Source: Amoebidium appalachense (lineage: Eukaryota; Protista; Ichthyosporea). Taken from it: a DNA stretch of 64,000 nt. Below the pieces are notes generated by a model. The model was not told where the DNA came from. It worked only from the letters and a program-made list of their open reading frames with translations, and ran no database searches. Location of the stretch: the NCBI GenBank assembly GCA_963693365.1, contig CAVNZM010000011.1, positions 8,483,937-8,547,936 on the forward strand, given 5' to 3'. The first letter of the stretch is position 1; the number at the start of each line of letters is the position of its first letter. Shown here piece after piece: positions 12,504 through 25,610 of this stretch. The position numbers and the translations under genes were made by a program.

Positions 12504-13212
12504 ATGTGGGTCTACCAAATGGACTTGCCCCCGTCCCAGGTTTTCCCTCGCCGCCCCAGCGTGTCTACCTGGGTGTGGTGCCTGTGTGCCTTGTTTGTCC
12601 TGCTCGTCATCTACGACGCCAACAGGCCTCGCTTTTACCGCTACATCACCACCCTCAAGTGCAGGCGCCCATGCGGCATATGCAACAGCTGTCCGGTCTG
12701 CCCCCCCGAAAAGAAGTGCCCAGATTGCCCCACCTCACCAACATGCCCCACCCTGGCCCCCACAAAGTGCCCCACGTGCCCGACCTGCCCCACCTGCCCC
12801 CCCAAATAGAAGTGCCCCGACGACCTGCCCCAACGCCCCATGGCCAAACGTTGTCGTGAAGAAGGAGGAGCCACCAGCCACGAGCACGCTGGCAAGCGGC
12901 AAAAAGATCGTGGGGTCCAGCACATCCACGGAGAAGATCGTGTCGCCCGACGGTCGGTACCAACTGATGCAGTGGGGAGACGGAAACACAAAGGTCTCCG
13001 AACGCAGCACCAACAAGACCCTCTGGGCACACAACAAGACCAACAACGGTACCGCGCCTTACTCCCTCGTCATGCAGGAGGACAAGAATCTGGTTGGTGG
13101 TGTACGACGCGAATAATAAGGTCATTTGGGCGTCGAACACCTACCGCAAGGGGAAGGTGGGCACGGCGATCCTGACAATCTAGAGCGACGGCGTCGCCTA
13201 CGTGCGCGATGC
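12504..13212 (+). pseudogene. Membrane anchor + (CPT)n Cys-Pro stalk + B-type (bulb/GNA) lectin, disrupted
   Basis: TM segment WVWCLCALFVLLVIY, then CPDCPTSPTCPT repeats. TAG at 12807, frameshift near 12815, then IVSPDGRYQL..LW..YSLVMQEDKNLV. A 4-nt duplication near 13095 shifts into VYDANNKVIWASNT..AILTI*SDGVAYVRDA. The QxDxNxVxY motif is restored on repair. Confidence 0.8.
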
Positions 13213-14024
13213 GTGTGTATGCCTGCACATATACTCGTCCACACGTATGCCTGTGCGGATTTCTTCGATAAGTATCGAGGAGAAAAACATGGGAATAAAT
13301 CCGGTTATTTTATTTCAAGTAGTATGACATTCCTGCACGCTACCAGTCGTGCGGAATACAACTGTATTCTCATGTTTCGAATAGTTCATAGCACCTTCCC
13401 TGCCTTCAGGAGCTCTATGCTACTGTAACACACAGGCACCAACGAGAAAAACAAGGGCAAAAAAGTCATAATCAAACATGACTCGTTTCAACCCCCCCCC
13501 CCCAAACACACACACACACACAGAAAAATACACCCGGACACATGCGCACACGCGCACATACACACACCAAATCTTGAACAATCACAGGTGTGTGTGCACC
13601 AGCGGGCATTCACAATTCCCTCTAGCAAAGCGTATGGAATACACAAAACGGCTTGTAACAAGAACAGCTCCAGACAGAAAACCAGAAACATATCATAAGT
13701 ACGTGGGACAGTGAGAAAGAAATATGACTATTTGTTATCAGTTAATTACCCCTCAAATAAAAATGGAAACAAAAATAAAATTAAAACTATATAAATCAAC
13801 GATAAAATGGTCCGACACAGAATGGTTGGGAGAACGATGTAATATTCGTTTACGGTTTCATTCCAACAAGAGCCACCAAAAACACGGTAAGATATCATCG
13901 TAAATTCCTTTTTTTTTAACCCCAAAGAACCTGAAGAACGGGCAAACTAACAAAACAAAAAACGTTGAAAAGTCGCACGACGGGCAAATCGCGAAGGAAA
14001 GAGATGTGTAGAAGGCTTGCGCTG

Positions 14025-14057
14025 TTAGCTCTTGTTGTTGAGAGCGCGGATGGGGGC

Positions 14058-14141
<84 letters not shown>

Positions 14142-15122
14142 TGTGTGTGTGCACGTGCGTGAACTAGAATGTGTTTGTGTTCTTGTTGTGTGAGTGTGCA
14201 GGGAGAAAAAAAAAGCGGTTAGATTATTACACAACATCATACCTGACGAAAGAAATGGAATTGCATTGGCGATGATGGTGAGGGTGAATGTGTAATTGTT
14301 GAGTGTTCCGGGCAAGAGGAGAGAGGGGTGGGGCAGGGGCGAGGGTTAGAATGCGTTTTGGAGTACGAAGTACACAAGAACAACGGATAACACGATGCAG
14401 AATGCAAGCCACACATAAAGAGTATGCATAATAACCAGAGCCCATCCTCAGGGGGGGCCCACGTCATCCACAGTACCCGAGTTTCGACCCATTCACCTCC
14501 TCAACAAAACCCCAAATCAGATAACTGTTTCACTTGAACATGAGTAGGTCACCCGTCTTGATCAGAGACGAGCAGGGTTGCTTATGCAGGCAAGGGCAGT
14601 GGGAAAGGCCGGGGGTTTTAGTTGCAGCAGTAAGCAGAAGCAAGAAAACTATAGATAGGAACTCAGGAGACGGGGCTTCTAGGAAGCTCCCCCGTCGATA
14701 CTTAAGTCGATACTTCCCTGGGGGGGGGGGGGGGGGGGATTCGTTGACTGGTTACATTGTGCGAAGTACACAGACAATGTACTCATGACGAAAACCCCAT
14801 TGCAGATAAGCAGTAATACACAAGCGCGTCGTGCTTTTTTTTTTTTTTTTTTTTTTTTTTTTCCCAGGGGAAAGGGGGGAGGGTTTGAATGCGGAACACG
14901 GCACGAAGTTCAGAACACGATGAGAGCATGGTGCACAGGATACACGCACAGGCAAACATTCAAGTATGCAACATAAGCCATGCGCACAGCATGGGAGGGG
15001 GGGGGGGGGGGGGGGGGGGGGAGGGGGGGGGTGCATACCGAAGTATGGGTGAGACATTGCTTCCTTGGCTGTCAACCGTTCCTATTGGTCGAAAGAAGAA
15101 GGGAAGTGAGTGGGTTAACCAG

Positions 15123-15166
<44 letters not shown>

Positions 15167-15251
15167 CTAGTGATGGCAGTGATGATGATGATAATCATAA
15201 TAACAAACCCTACATCACTCCCCTCTAAAAATGCATGCATGCACGCACGCA

Positions 15252-15282
<31 letters not shown>

Positions 15283-15956
15283 GCACACCCACACGCACAC
15301 GCACCCACACACACACACCCACACACACACCAATACAGAGGAAGACGAGAGAAAGGTTGCTGACACACATGCAAGAGAAACCCTAACTTCCATGTTTCCA
15401 CACCCATTCTCCAATTTCTCTCTGGAACGAACAACCCCATCCCCCCCCCCCCCCCCCCCCCCCGGTAACTCTTTGTGGGGCGGAGGGGTATGTGTGCATG
15501 GGGTTGCGCACACACATCTGTGTGTGTGCGTGTGTGCGCACGCGTGCATGCGTGCTTGTGATCCTGTGTGCCCCACTCCCCCCCCCCCCCCCCCCCCGCA
15601 CCCCCCCCTTCACCCGCAACCCTCCCCCCTCCCCTTCCCCGCCCCTCCCCCTCCCCCCAACACACACCCACCCACACCCACACTCAATCCCCCCTCCCCC
15701 CCTCCCCCCCCCTTTCCTCTCCCTCTCTCACGTACCTGGTGGTCGTATCTGAGCAGTTTGTTCAAAAAGTCGATGGCTTCATCACTGACGAAGTGTTGGT
15801 TCTCGGCAGTCACAAACTTGCTCCAAGGCTTACGAGGTAGCCTGGAGGGGGGGGGGGGGGGGGGGTAGACTTTGAGTACGAGGCACAAATTCACAAGAAA
15901 TGAAGTAGTGGAGGAGTTGCAAGCGGAGGGAGGGAGGGAAAGGGGTGTGTGTGTGT

Positions 15957-16000
<44 letters not shown>

Positions 16001-17925
16001 GGTGGGGGGGTACGGATGTCTTTTGAATTGTGCTTGCATGTGTTCAAACTTCATGCACCATTTCATGTTAACCCCTAGCCGTTCGCCGATGCATTTTTGC
16101 ATCATTTTCAAAAATAAAGGCATCAGCGACCTTCGAAAATAAATAGCGCCTGACGCGCAATAGTCATGACGCTAGGAATTTCTGCCTAACTTAGTATATG
16201 TTTTCTACTTTCGAAAAACACCAAAAACGCCGGGGTCAACTATGTTTTTCTGTTTCTTGTGGGTGTTTTGCCTAACTGTGTCTATATTTTCAGCGAGTGG
16301 CCCCCCAATTTTTGAACGCTGGCGGCAAGAGGATGCCCAGGATTCACGGATTCCGGCCCTGGTATCGATCAGCTGACAAAATGCATCAATCCGATTTGCT
16401 GAGATCTTTACGGGGATTCATATGACGTAACTGTCTTGAAAGAAACCCCGCCGCTGTTGGCAAAATCGGCACAAATCACGTTCATAACACGTGCGGACAC
16501 ATAGGAACACGCCGTTTTTTTTTTTTACGGGACACAAAGAAAGACATATGTACATGTGCTTGGTGCATTGTTGTCCACTTTGGCCGCCTTTAATGATTTT
16601 TTTCTATTTTTCAAAGCTGGTCGATTTTGGCCTCCGGGCGATTAAACATGGATGCCCTATGCACTTTTCTTACACGTACTCCCATATATCCGATGTCTGC
16701 ACGGGCCCACACGAGCCAACCATGAGCCAATGACCTCCATAATTCCATCAAATGCCAACGTGCAAATACGCCAACCATGATCATCCCCTGATTATTAGCC
16801 AATCACATGCATGCCATGACAATCACACACATTTATCAATCACGTGACGCACCTCTGAGCCAGGGCGGTGTCGAAGTATGAGTCCAGCTCCAGGCCGTAC
16901 TTGTCCAGGTACTCGTGAAGCTCATCCGTGCCCAGCACCTTGGCTATCTGCAAATCACATAATGTGTTTGCAATTTGCAGAGCATCAAATAACACCATAA
17001 AGATTTAGAAGCATCATGATAAGATCATGCAGTGTGCCGAGAATGTTGGCTGTCTACAAATCACAAGAGAGAGCAGTTAAGATTAAAAGCATTTATAATG
17101 TGGTTGCAATTTGCAGAGCATCAGATAACACCATAAAGAGTTAGAAGCATCATGAAAAGATCATGCAGCGTGCCGAGAATGTTGGCTGTCTACAAATCAC
17201 AAGAGAGAGCAGTTAAGATTAAAAGCATTTATAATGTGGTTGCAATTTGCAGAGCATCAGATAACACCATAAAGAGTTAGAAGCATCATGAAAAGATCAT
17301 GCAGCGTGCCGAGAATGTTGGCTGTCTACAAATCACAAGAGAGAGTAGTTAAGATTAAAAGCATTTACACAATACAGAGCCTTACGAAAAAAGCGGATTT
17401 TCGGAAGATGGGTGAGGAGTGAGGAGGGTGGAAAGAGGAGAGTCGTCTTTTTATTTTTTATTTTATTTTTGTTTTATTTTTATTTTTATTATTTTTTCGG
17501 GGGGAGGGGAGGAGGGGGGGAGGGATCGCAAAAAGTTTTACAGAGTCAAAAGTACACATTCATGACGGACAACATAAAAGTATCACCAGCAAAGCCCGTC
17601 CCCAGCAGAGGTGGGAGGGGCGCAGGGGTGGTGGAGTGGGTGTGTGTGAGGGGGGGGGGGGGGGGACCAGGAGGGAAGGATGGAAAGAGAGAGGAGAAAG
17701 GGGTGGGGGATGGAGAGGGGAGGGAGAAACTTCATAGAGGGGTCTATTATTACCTTTACGAGCTGGTCGTAGTTGTCGTGGCCGTGGAAGAAGGGGTCCT
17801 TCTTGAAGATCATGCTGGCAAACATGCAGCCCAGCGACCACATGTCCAGGCTGTAGTCGTACTCCTGAAGGTCGACAAGGAGCTCTGGACCCTGTGTGCG
17901 TGTGTGTACGTGTGTGTGTGTATAT

Positions 17926-17958
<33 letters not shown>

Positions 17959-18045
17959 GGGGAAGGACGGGGAAAAAGGGGTCAGTTGGTGTGGGTGTGG
18001 GTGTGGGTGTCAGTTTGTGTGGGTGCAGGCTTGTGTGTGTGTGTG

Positions 18046-18076
<31 letters not shown>

Positions 18077-19566
18077 GTGCGTGCGTTCGGGGGGGGGGGG
18101 GGGGGGGGGTGATGTTTGCGTTAGAGGGTTGGAAATATGGAGGAGACAACAAAAAGCAACAACAAAACGTCACAAAGGTGGGAAATCCAAAATCAAAACA
18201 TTTTAAGCGTGCAGGTAGAAGACACTTGAACAGAGCCCAAAATCAGGGGGGTTCCTATGCCTCCACAAAAGCATGGGGGGGAGGGGCCAGGAGAGCAGGA
18301 GGGTGAGTGCGGGTATACGATTGTGTGGGAACACGGATGTGTGAGTGCGTGTGCATGTGCGTGTGCGTGTGCGTGTGCGTTGGGCGTGGGACGGGGGGGG
18401 GGGGGGGGGGTACGTGTCCGTGGATGGATGTGGGTTTAAGTGTGTGTGTGTAGTTGCAAGTGTGTGCCCGTGTAGGTGTGTGGGTGTGCAAGAGTGGGTG
18501 TGCTGGTGTGTATGAGTGTGTACGTGTCTCAATGGGCGTGGGTGGGTGTGAGGTGTGTGGTGTGGGGCGTGGTTCTGTGTCTAAGAGTTAGACTTATGGG
18601 AGGATGTGTTGGGTTCGAGGTGTGGGATACAGGTGTGTATGTAGACCTGAGAGTCCAAAAGAAGCTCAGTGCACACATCTACGTACGTGTACGTGCGTAT
18701 GAATGTATGCTTGCATATATATATATATGTATATGTGTATATGTGTATATATGTGTATATATGTGTATATGTGTATATGTGTATATATGTGTATATGTGT
18801 ATATGTGTATATATGTGTATATGTGTATATATGTATATATGTGTATATATGTATATGTGTATATGTGTATATGTGTACATATATGTAGATGTGTATATAT
18901 GTGTATATGTGTACATATGCAGATGTGTGGGTCCGTGTATTTGTTCGTGCGTGCGTGAACGAGTCAGGATGTGTATGCTTCTACTGTGGCTGTGCGCACA
19001 GGGGCATTGAGATGTGTGCGCGTACGTGTGGTCTGTACATGTATGTGTGCGCCTCTGAACGGGTGTGTGTGCGTGGATATGGTGTGTCGTGCGTCCAGGA
19101 AATGTGTCCGTGGCTGTATGTGTTTCACAGGTGGAGAGGGGGGGGGGGGGGAGGGGAGGGAGAGAGGGAGGGGGGGGGGGGGGGGGGGGGGTCTAGAAGC
19201 AAAAAAATAGAGTCTACGGGTGCATGGGTGATGGTTGGTGGGTCGGTGGGCAGGGGCATACTTGTGCACTTTAAAACCCTGTTTTGCATATGCCTGCTTA
19301 TGCCCCGGCACTACGAATTACTTGTGTAAATGGGTAATGCTCACACACGCAAAACAGACACACACAAACAGAAAAGACAAAAACACGCGCGCCCACCCAC
19401 CCACCCCCACCCACCCACCCACCCACCCACCCACACACCCACACACCCACACACACACACACCTTGTAGTATCTGGATGCCACTCTGACGTTGTACTCTT
19501 GGTGTGGGTGGTAGAACTCGGCAAGACCCCAATCGATGAGACGCAACTGAAAATGTGTGTGTGTGT

Positions 19567-19602
<36 letters not shown>

Positions 19603-20321
19603 CTGTGTGTGTGTGCGTGTGTGTGTGTGTGTGCGTGTGTTACACAGTGTGTGTGCACCCGCGCATGTGCATGTGCGTGGATGTATGTGTGTTTGTGTAT
19701 GTACATGTTTGTGTGTTTGCGTGTGCACGTGTGTGTGAACGCATGTGGGAAGGGATAACTGGAGAGAGTGAAAAGGGAAAGGGGCACTTAGTATGCGGCA
19801 CACACCATGCTTACATGCAGATAAGAACAAATACAACAGTGGAAAAACATCTTTATGTCGGCGAGAGAGGGGCAAAAAGCAGGGGCGGAAGGATAGGTGT
19901 GTATGCGAGGCCAAAGTGACCCTTCCCCTCGGGACGTCTTAACCCCTAAACTCTTTCTCCATCTTACCAATCCCCAATGCCATCCTCCCTCTCTACCCTC
20001 CCCCTCCCCCACCTCTATCCCCCCCCCCCCCCCCTCACTCTCTCTACTCCCCCCCCCCCCCTTCCCGCTCCCCCGGCGGTGGCAACACCCCATCGCATCA
20101 TCAACACACCAGACACCTACACTCCACTCTATTGCTCCCATTTACTGCCTAATCTACTTTAGAGCCCCCCCTCCCCCCTGCCTCCCTCCCCAAAAAAAAA
20201 AACACTCACAAACAAATAATTCATAATTCAGCAACTACCTTCTTCTTCTCATGGTCGATCATAATGTTGTGGGGTTTGACATCACGATGCATAATTCCCA
20301 TTGAGTGGCAGTAGTCAAGCG

Positions 20322-20399
<78 letters not shown>

Positions 20400-21301
20400 A
20401 TGTGTGTGTAGTTGTATGGTCGGGTGGGTCAACGTGTGTTTGTGTGTGTGTGTGTGCCTGGGGCGCGCAAGGGGGGGGGGGGGGGGGGGGGGGGGGGAGG
20501 AGGCAAAGGTGTGTGCAGGAGGAGGTCAGAAAGGGAGACGGAGTGATAAAAGTTGAGATATGTATGTGTGGGAGGGTGTGGTGGGGGGATTCAATACATC
20601 AGAGGGTGGAGGAAAGAAAAAGCAAACTAAAACAAAAAAACTAAAACAGCACTAACGCCAAAAGAAACCTGCAGGGAAGAAACACCCCCACAGAAACCAA
20701 TCATCAGAAACGTTTCGATGCCCCCAAAACGAGCAGATTTCGACTGTCTGTCTCCCCCCCCCCCCCCCCCCCCCCCCCCCACCAACCCCTCCTCCACACA
20801 ACACACTATGACCACCACACACACTGACACTCGTCCTCAAATCTCTCGTCCCTCTGCCCCGCCTCCCCCTCCCCCCCCCCCCTCCCCCTCCCCTCCCCTC
20901 CTTACTCCCGCCCACTTCATCCCCTTCTTCTTTTTTCCCCTCATCTCCCCATACCCCTCCTCTCCCCCCTTTCCCCATCCCCCCTCCCCCCCCCCCCCCC
21001 CCCCGGCACCTCCCCCACCAAACACCCCGTTCTCACTCCCGAATACCCCTTCCACCACCTAAACGAAATGAAATAACTAGGAAGAAAACACAAGACAAAA
21101 CCATCAGCAGATGTAACCCTCCCCCCCCCCCCCTTCCACCCCCCCCCCCTCCCCACACACACACACACATATATATATATATACCTTGAGCAGTTCATAG
21201 ATGTAGTAGCGGTTGTCCAGGTCTGTGAATGTCGGGTAGAGCACCTTGAAGTCCACGTTGTTGATGTGCTCAAAGATCAGGGAGGGGGTGTTGGACTGTA
21301 C

Positions 21302-21351
<50 letters not shown>

Positions 21352-21361
21352 ATGTGTGTAC

Positions 21362-21418
<57 letters not shown>

Positions 21419-21564
21419 TGTGTGCGTGCGTGCGCACGCGCGCGGTTTGAGTGAGTGAGTGTGTGTGTGTGTGTGTTTGTGTGAGTTTGTGTGTGTGTGC
21501 GCGTGTGTACGTGTTGGTTTTGTGTGGGGTGGACGGAGCCGGGGGGGGGAAGGTGTGTGTGTGC

Positions 21565-21652
<88 letters not shown>

Positions 21653-21754
21653 TGGGTATGGGTGGGAATGAGGGGGGGGGGGGGGGGGGGGGGAGGGGGG
21701 GGGGGGGGGGGGGGGGGGACGAGGAGGTGTGTGTGTGTGTAAGTGTGTGGGTGT

Positions 21755-21793
<39 letters not shown>

Positions 21794-21927
21794 TTGTGTG
21801 TGGCGAGGGGGGGGGGGGGGGGGGGGGGGACGTGTTGCAGAATCCCAGAAGTTCCCATTTGCAATGGACAACAAAATGTACATTACCCTGACAGAGTATA
21901 AAAAGGAGAATGCACATCCTTGGGGGG

Positions 21928-22026
<99 letters not shown>

Positions 22027-23668
22027 AACGCGCGGCTGTCTGTGCAGTTGTAGATGTGTGAAATTAACCGTGAGTGTGTGTGCATGTGTTTGCACACACG
22101 CATGGGCTTCCCAAGAAGTGGGGGTTTAAATCGGGGGGGGGGGGGGGGGGGGGGGGAGGGCGACAGGTCGATATGGCCAGAACTACTGTACACCACCTAG
22201 ATTTATCAGAAGAAGCAAACTTTCACCACGTAGATATGACCAAAATTTCAACAAATGCACGTGACCAGAATCAAGAATTCAGCATAGACATAGCGGAAAT
22301 TTCACGCAATTTCATGCAAACTCACGTACCACGGGGTCCTTGACCACATCCAGCAGCTCGATAATGTTAGGACCCCCCTTGAGGTTCTGCAAGATCAGAA
22401 TTTCCCTCTTGATCTTCTTCTTCTTGACGGGCTTCAGAATTTTCACCACGCAGTTTCTGTTGTTGAGCGTATCGACCCCCTGAAACACTTCACTGTATTT
22501 TCCCCGGCCGAGCTTTCGCACTACCTCATAGTTTTCTTGTGTGCTGTGGGTGGCCGGGGGGGGGGGGGGGGGGGGGGGGGGGGAAGGGGGGGGGGGGGAA
22601 GGGGGGGAGGGAGGGGAGGTTGGGATGAAAGGGGATGGGGGGAGGGGGGGGGGGGGGGAGTTTGTGTGTATGTCGGGGGGGGGGAGAAGGGGGGGAGGGG
22701 GGAGAAAGGGAGGAGAGGTGTGGGGCAATCGAGGTTAGCATGTGTTAAAATAAAAAGCATGCTCCTACGTCAAACAACATAATGCAAATTTTGTATGTGC
22801 ACACGGACACAGACACACAGATACGGTCACACAGATCTCGACACACACGGATACACGTGCGCGCGCACACACACTGAATATAAAAAAACCACACACACAA
22901 ACCGCCTCATAGTAAGGGAAAGGGGAGCTGTGGGGGGGAAGCGGAAGAGAGTGCTTAAGTGCACATCTTCCAGATGAGGGGAGGTGTGGGTTGATGTGCG
23001 AGTGGGTGAGGTTGGGCTGGGGTGGGTTGGGGGCGGGGGGCGGGGGGGGGGGGGGGGGGGGGGGTTTGAATGCGGAACACGGTACGAAGTACGCATACAC
23101 GACGAGAAGCATGGTGCAGGACACATGCAAACATTCAAGTATGCAACATCAGCCACGTGCACAGTATGTGTCATAAGCAGAGCCCATCCTCAGGGAGGAC
23201 CCAAGTCATCAATTGCGATCGAGTTTCGACCCCTTAGCCCGCGTATATACGACGCTCCAACTCAGACAGCAGCATAAACTGAACTTGGGCGGGTCAACCC
23301 GTCTTGATCAAAGACGAGCAGGGTTGCTTATGCAAGCAAGGTGAGCAAAACGGTGAAGATGTGTGTGCAAACTAATGCAGCGAAAAAATGCGTATGTGCT
23401 TACAGATGCACGACACAGAGCAACCATGCCCGGTTGCATGGAAGTAAAAAAAAAAGCGGGGAGGGGGGGGGGGGAGCGGAGGGAGGGAGAAGGGCGGGGC
23501 AGACACATGTATGTACAAGGGGGAAAGGAAAGATGGGGTGAGCAAAAACGGGAAAGTCTCGAACGAGAACTCAGGAGTTGTGTTTTGTAAGGGGCTGGTC
23601 ATGTGTGGGGATGTGTGGGCATGTGTATGTGTGGGTGTGTGGATGTGTGGGTGTGTTGTGTAGTGCGC

Positions 23669-23706
<38 letters not shown>

Positions 23707-24388
23707 GTAAACAGGAAGAAGTGAGGGTATTTGCCGTCATTGGGGAACAGGGTGTGTGCATTTTGTAGACAGCAGCTGTTTTTTGCGGAAAGGTGGAGGA
23801 AGGAGAAGGGAAGAATGTCTCCCTTCTTCAAAACACGTAACAGGGATAAAGAAAGGTGTTGGGGGTGCAAATGGAGAAGAATAGAGAGGGAGGATGCGAA
23901 CAATAAAGTCCAGGTCAGCTAAATAAAAGTGCCCAAGATTGTTGTCCCTAACTGGAGGGGCAGTCGGGATCCACGGAGGGAGGAGGGAAAGGAATGGAAG
24001 AAGATCCGGGGGGAGGGGGGAAGGAGGCAGTGTAGGATAGACGAAGTGAAAGCCAGGGGAGAGCACCGTGGAGTCCCGGGGGGAGGGCAAGGGGGGGGAG
24101 AGGGGGTGGTGGGGGGGGGGGGGGGGGGAGAACATGGAAAATACAGCGTGAAATACATGCGCACACGCACACGCGCACACACACGCACACACATACACAT
24201 ACACACACACAGCCCAACCATATGCATCGACGAACGTTTCCCAAAACTTTAAGCAAGAAAGAACAGTAGAAAACAGTCAGGGAACCCACACACCTCCACT
24301 CGATGTGAAACGACTCGTAGTCGTAGTAAGCGGCAGGTTTTGACGCGTTAGCATCCGCGTATACACGGGCCTTGCTGCTGCCTGACAT
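14025..24388 (-). CDS. CSNK2A1: Casein kinase II catalytic subunit alpha, 10 exons, 333 aa
   Basis: Exons 24388-24294, 22543-22330, 21295-21185, 20322-20239, 19546-19463, 17891-17754, 16947-16853, 15841-15736, 15081-15039, 14056-14025 (1002 nt). Motifs [46 protein letters not shown]. Confidence 0.97.
14345..14595 (-). ncRNA. Candidate structured intronic ncRNA, copy 1 (CK2 intron 9)
   Basis: Block-wise conserved with 23063-23342; contains hairpins and a closing stem; non-coding. Confidence 0.5.
14883..14975 (-). ncRNA. Additional copy of the 3' module of the intronic element
   Basis: tttgaatgcggaacacgg..cgaagt..gcatggtgca..gcaaacattcaagtatgcaacat is shared with 23064-23150; terminal stem ttgaatg/cattcaa. 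Confidence 0.45.
16968..17368. repeat. Tandem repeat, 3 x 136 bp, in CK2 intron 6
   Basis: ttgcaatttgcagagcatca starts at 16968, 17104 and 17240; units are near-identical. Confidence 0.95.
18715..18920. repeat. (TA)/(TG) mixed microsatellite (atatgtgt-type)
   Basis: Seen directly in the sequence. Confidence 0.9.
23063..23342 (-). ncRNA. Candidate structured intronic ncRNA, copy 2 (CK2 intron 1)
   Basis: Same ordered conserved blocks as 14345-14595; closing stem cataagca/tgcttatg. Confidence 0.5.
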
Positions 24389-25035
24389 AGTGATGGTAGG
24401 CGACTAGCGCCAAACTCCTCCCGCTTATTCTTTCTTGCAATTCCTCACCCAAAAACAAGGCACCGAAAAGCAACGGCTTCTCGGCAGCTATAAATATGAG
24501 TTTCCTTTAAGCAAGAAAAACACAAAGAGGTTTCTCTAGCCCTCTTCTCCGAAAAAATATAGCTCTTCCTTTTTCCCTATTTGTTGAAGTTTACCAGCAT
24601 CCTCTCTTCGAGCGCCTATGACGCTGTGCTCTCTTCTCGTGTTTTTCGTATTCGTTTTCTCGTTTTCGTTTTTCTGCGTCGTACACATGTGCGCTTTGTC
24701 TGAGCCCTGCCCACGCGTCATCAGACCCAAAGGCGCCAAAATTTTCCGCCGTTATAAATCCATGACCCTACTTTATCAAAGTTTTAAGTTATTATAACTC
24801 AAAGCTTATAAAATCATCAGAGGAATCAAAACGCCCTTTTTAATATTTTCACGATTAGCTGTTGTTGGATGAGTCACCGAAATCTTTTAACCCTAGACTA
24901 TCTATGGGGATCCCCCCTCCCCGCCCCCCCCCCCCCCCCCCCTCCCCCCGTGACACACACACACACACACTGTCACACACAAAAAGCTGCGGGCCAGCTC
25001 ACCCCCCCCCCCCCCCCCCCCCCCCCCTATGCATA

Positions 25036-25088
<53 letters not shown>

Positions 25089-25377
25089 ACAGCCCACATC
25101 TCCATCAGCCTCCACCTCTAACTAAGCACACAATATTCACTGCATTTAGATTATTAGTTTTGCGGCTTGCGCTCATCCAAATCATCCGCTGCTAACATGG
25201 TACCGGCACCACTACTTGCTAACACTCGGTGTGCTTGTTATCAACGGTGCATTCCCTATATGGCTTCCTACCGAGCATGATTTTGTGTACAAAAATTAAA
25301 GAAGCAAGCATGCACCAAAAATCAATAGTAGCATGTGCACATATGTACATTGCAATGTATGTTCGCCATTCCACAAG

Positions 25378-25422
<45 letters not shown>

Positions 25423-25575
25423 TCCTACCCTGCACTCCAAAGTTACTATTTCGACTTCTCAATTTTTGTTTCGATTTTCATTCAACTGTATTGATAGGAA
25501 GCAAATTCGTTATGATTCGCTGAATGTTAGATGTCTACTGTATTTGGCCGCGTGCACGTATGTCCCTCCTCCCCT

Positions 25576-25610
<35 letters not shown>

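Larger units (their letters stand above)
10850..13212 (+). mobile_element. Endogenous viral element fragment (Bamfordvirae-like: Nucleocytoviricota or polinton-like virus)
   Basis: Three closely packed co-oriented intronless ORFs with 30-50 bp spacers, GC-rich, free of the microsatellites that fill the flanks, with abrupt compositional boundaries. Penton-like motifs in the first ORF. Confidence 0.7.

Noticed and set aside
23175-23235. Hammerhead ribozyme reading of the intronic element (CGAAAC, CTGAGGA)
   Set aside because: Stem II and stem III partners and the cleavage triplet are not consistent between the two copies.
24885-24910. piggyBac-like end TTAA-CCCTAGAC (also ttaacccctag at ~16068)
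   Set aside because: No matching inverted end or piggyBac transposase was found in the window.
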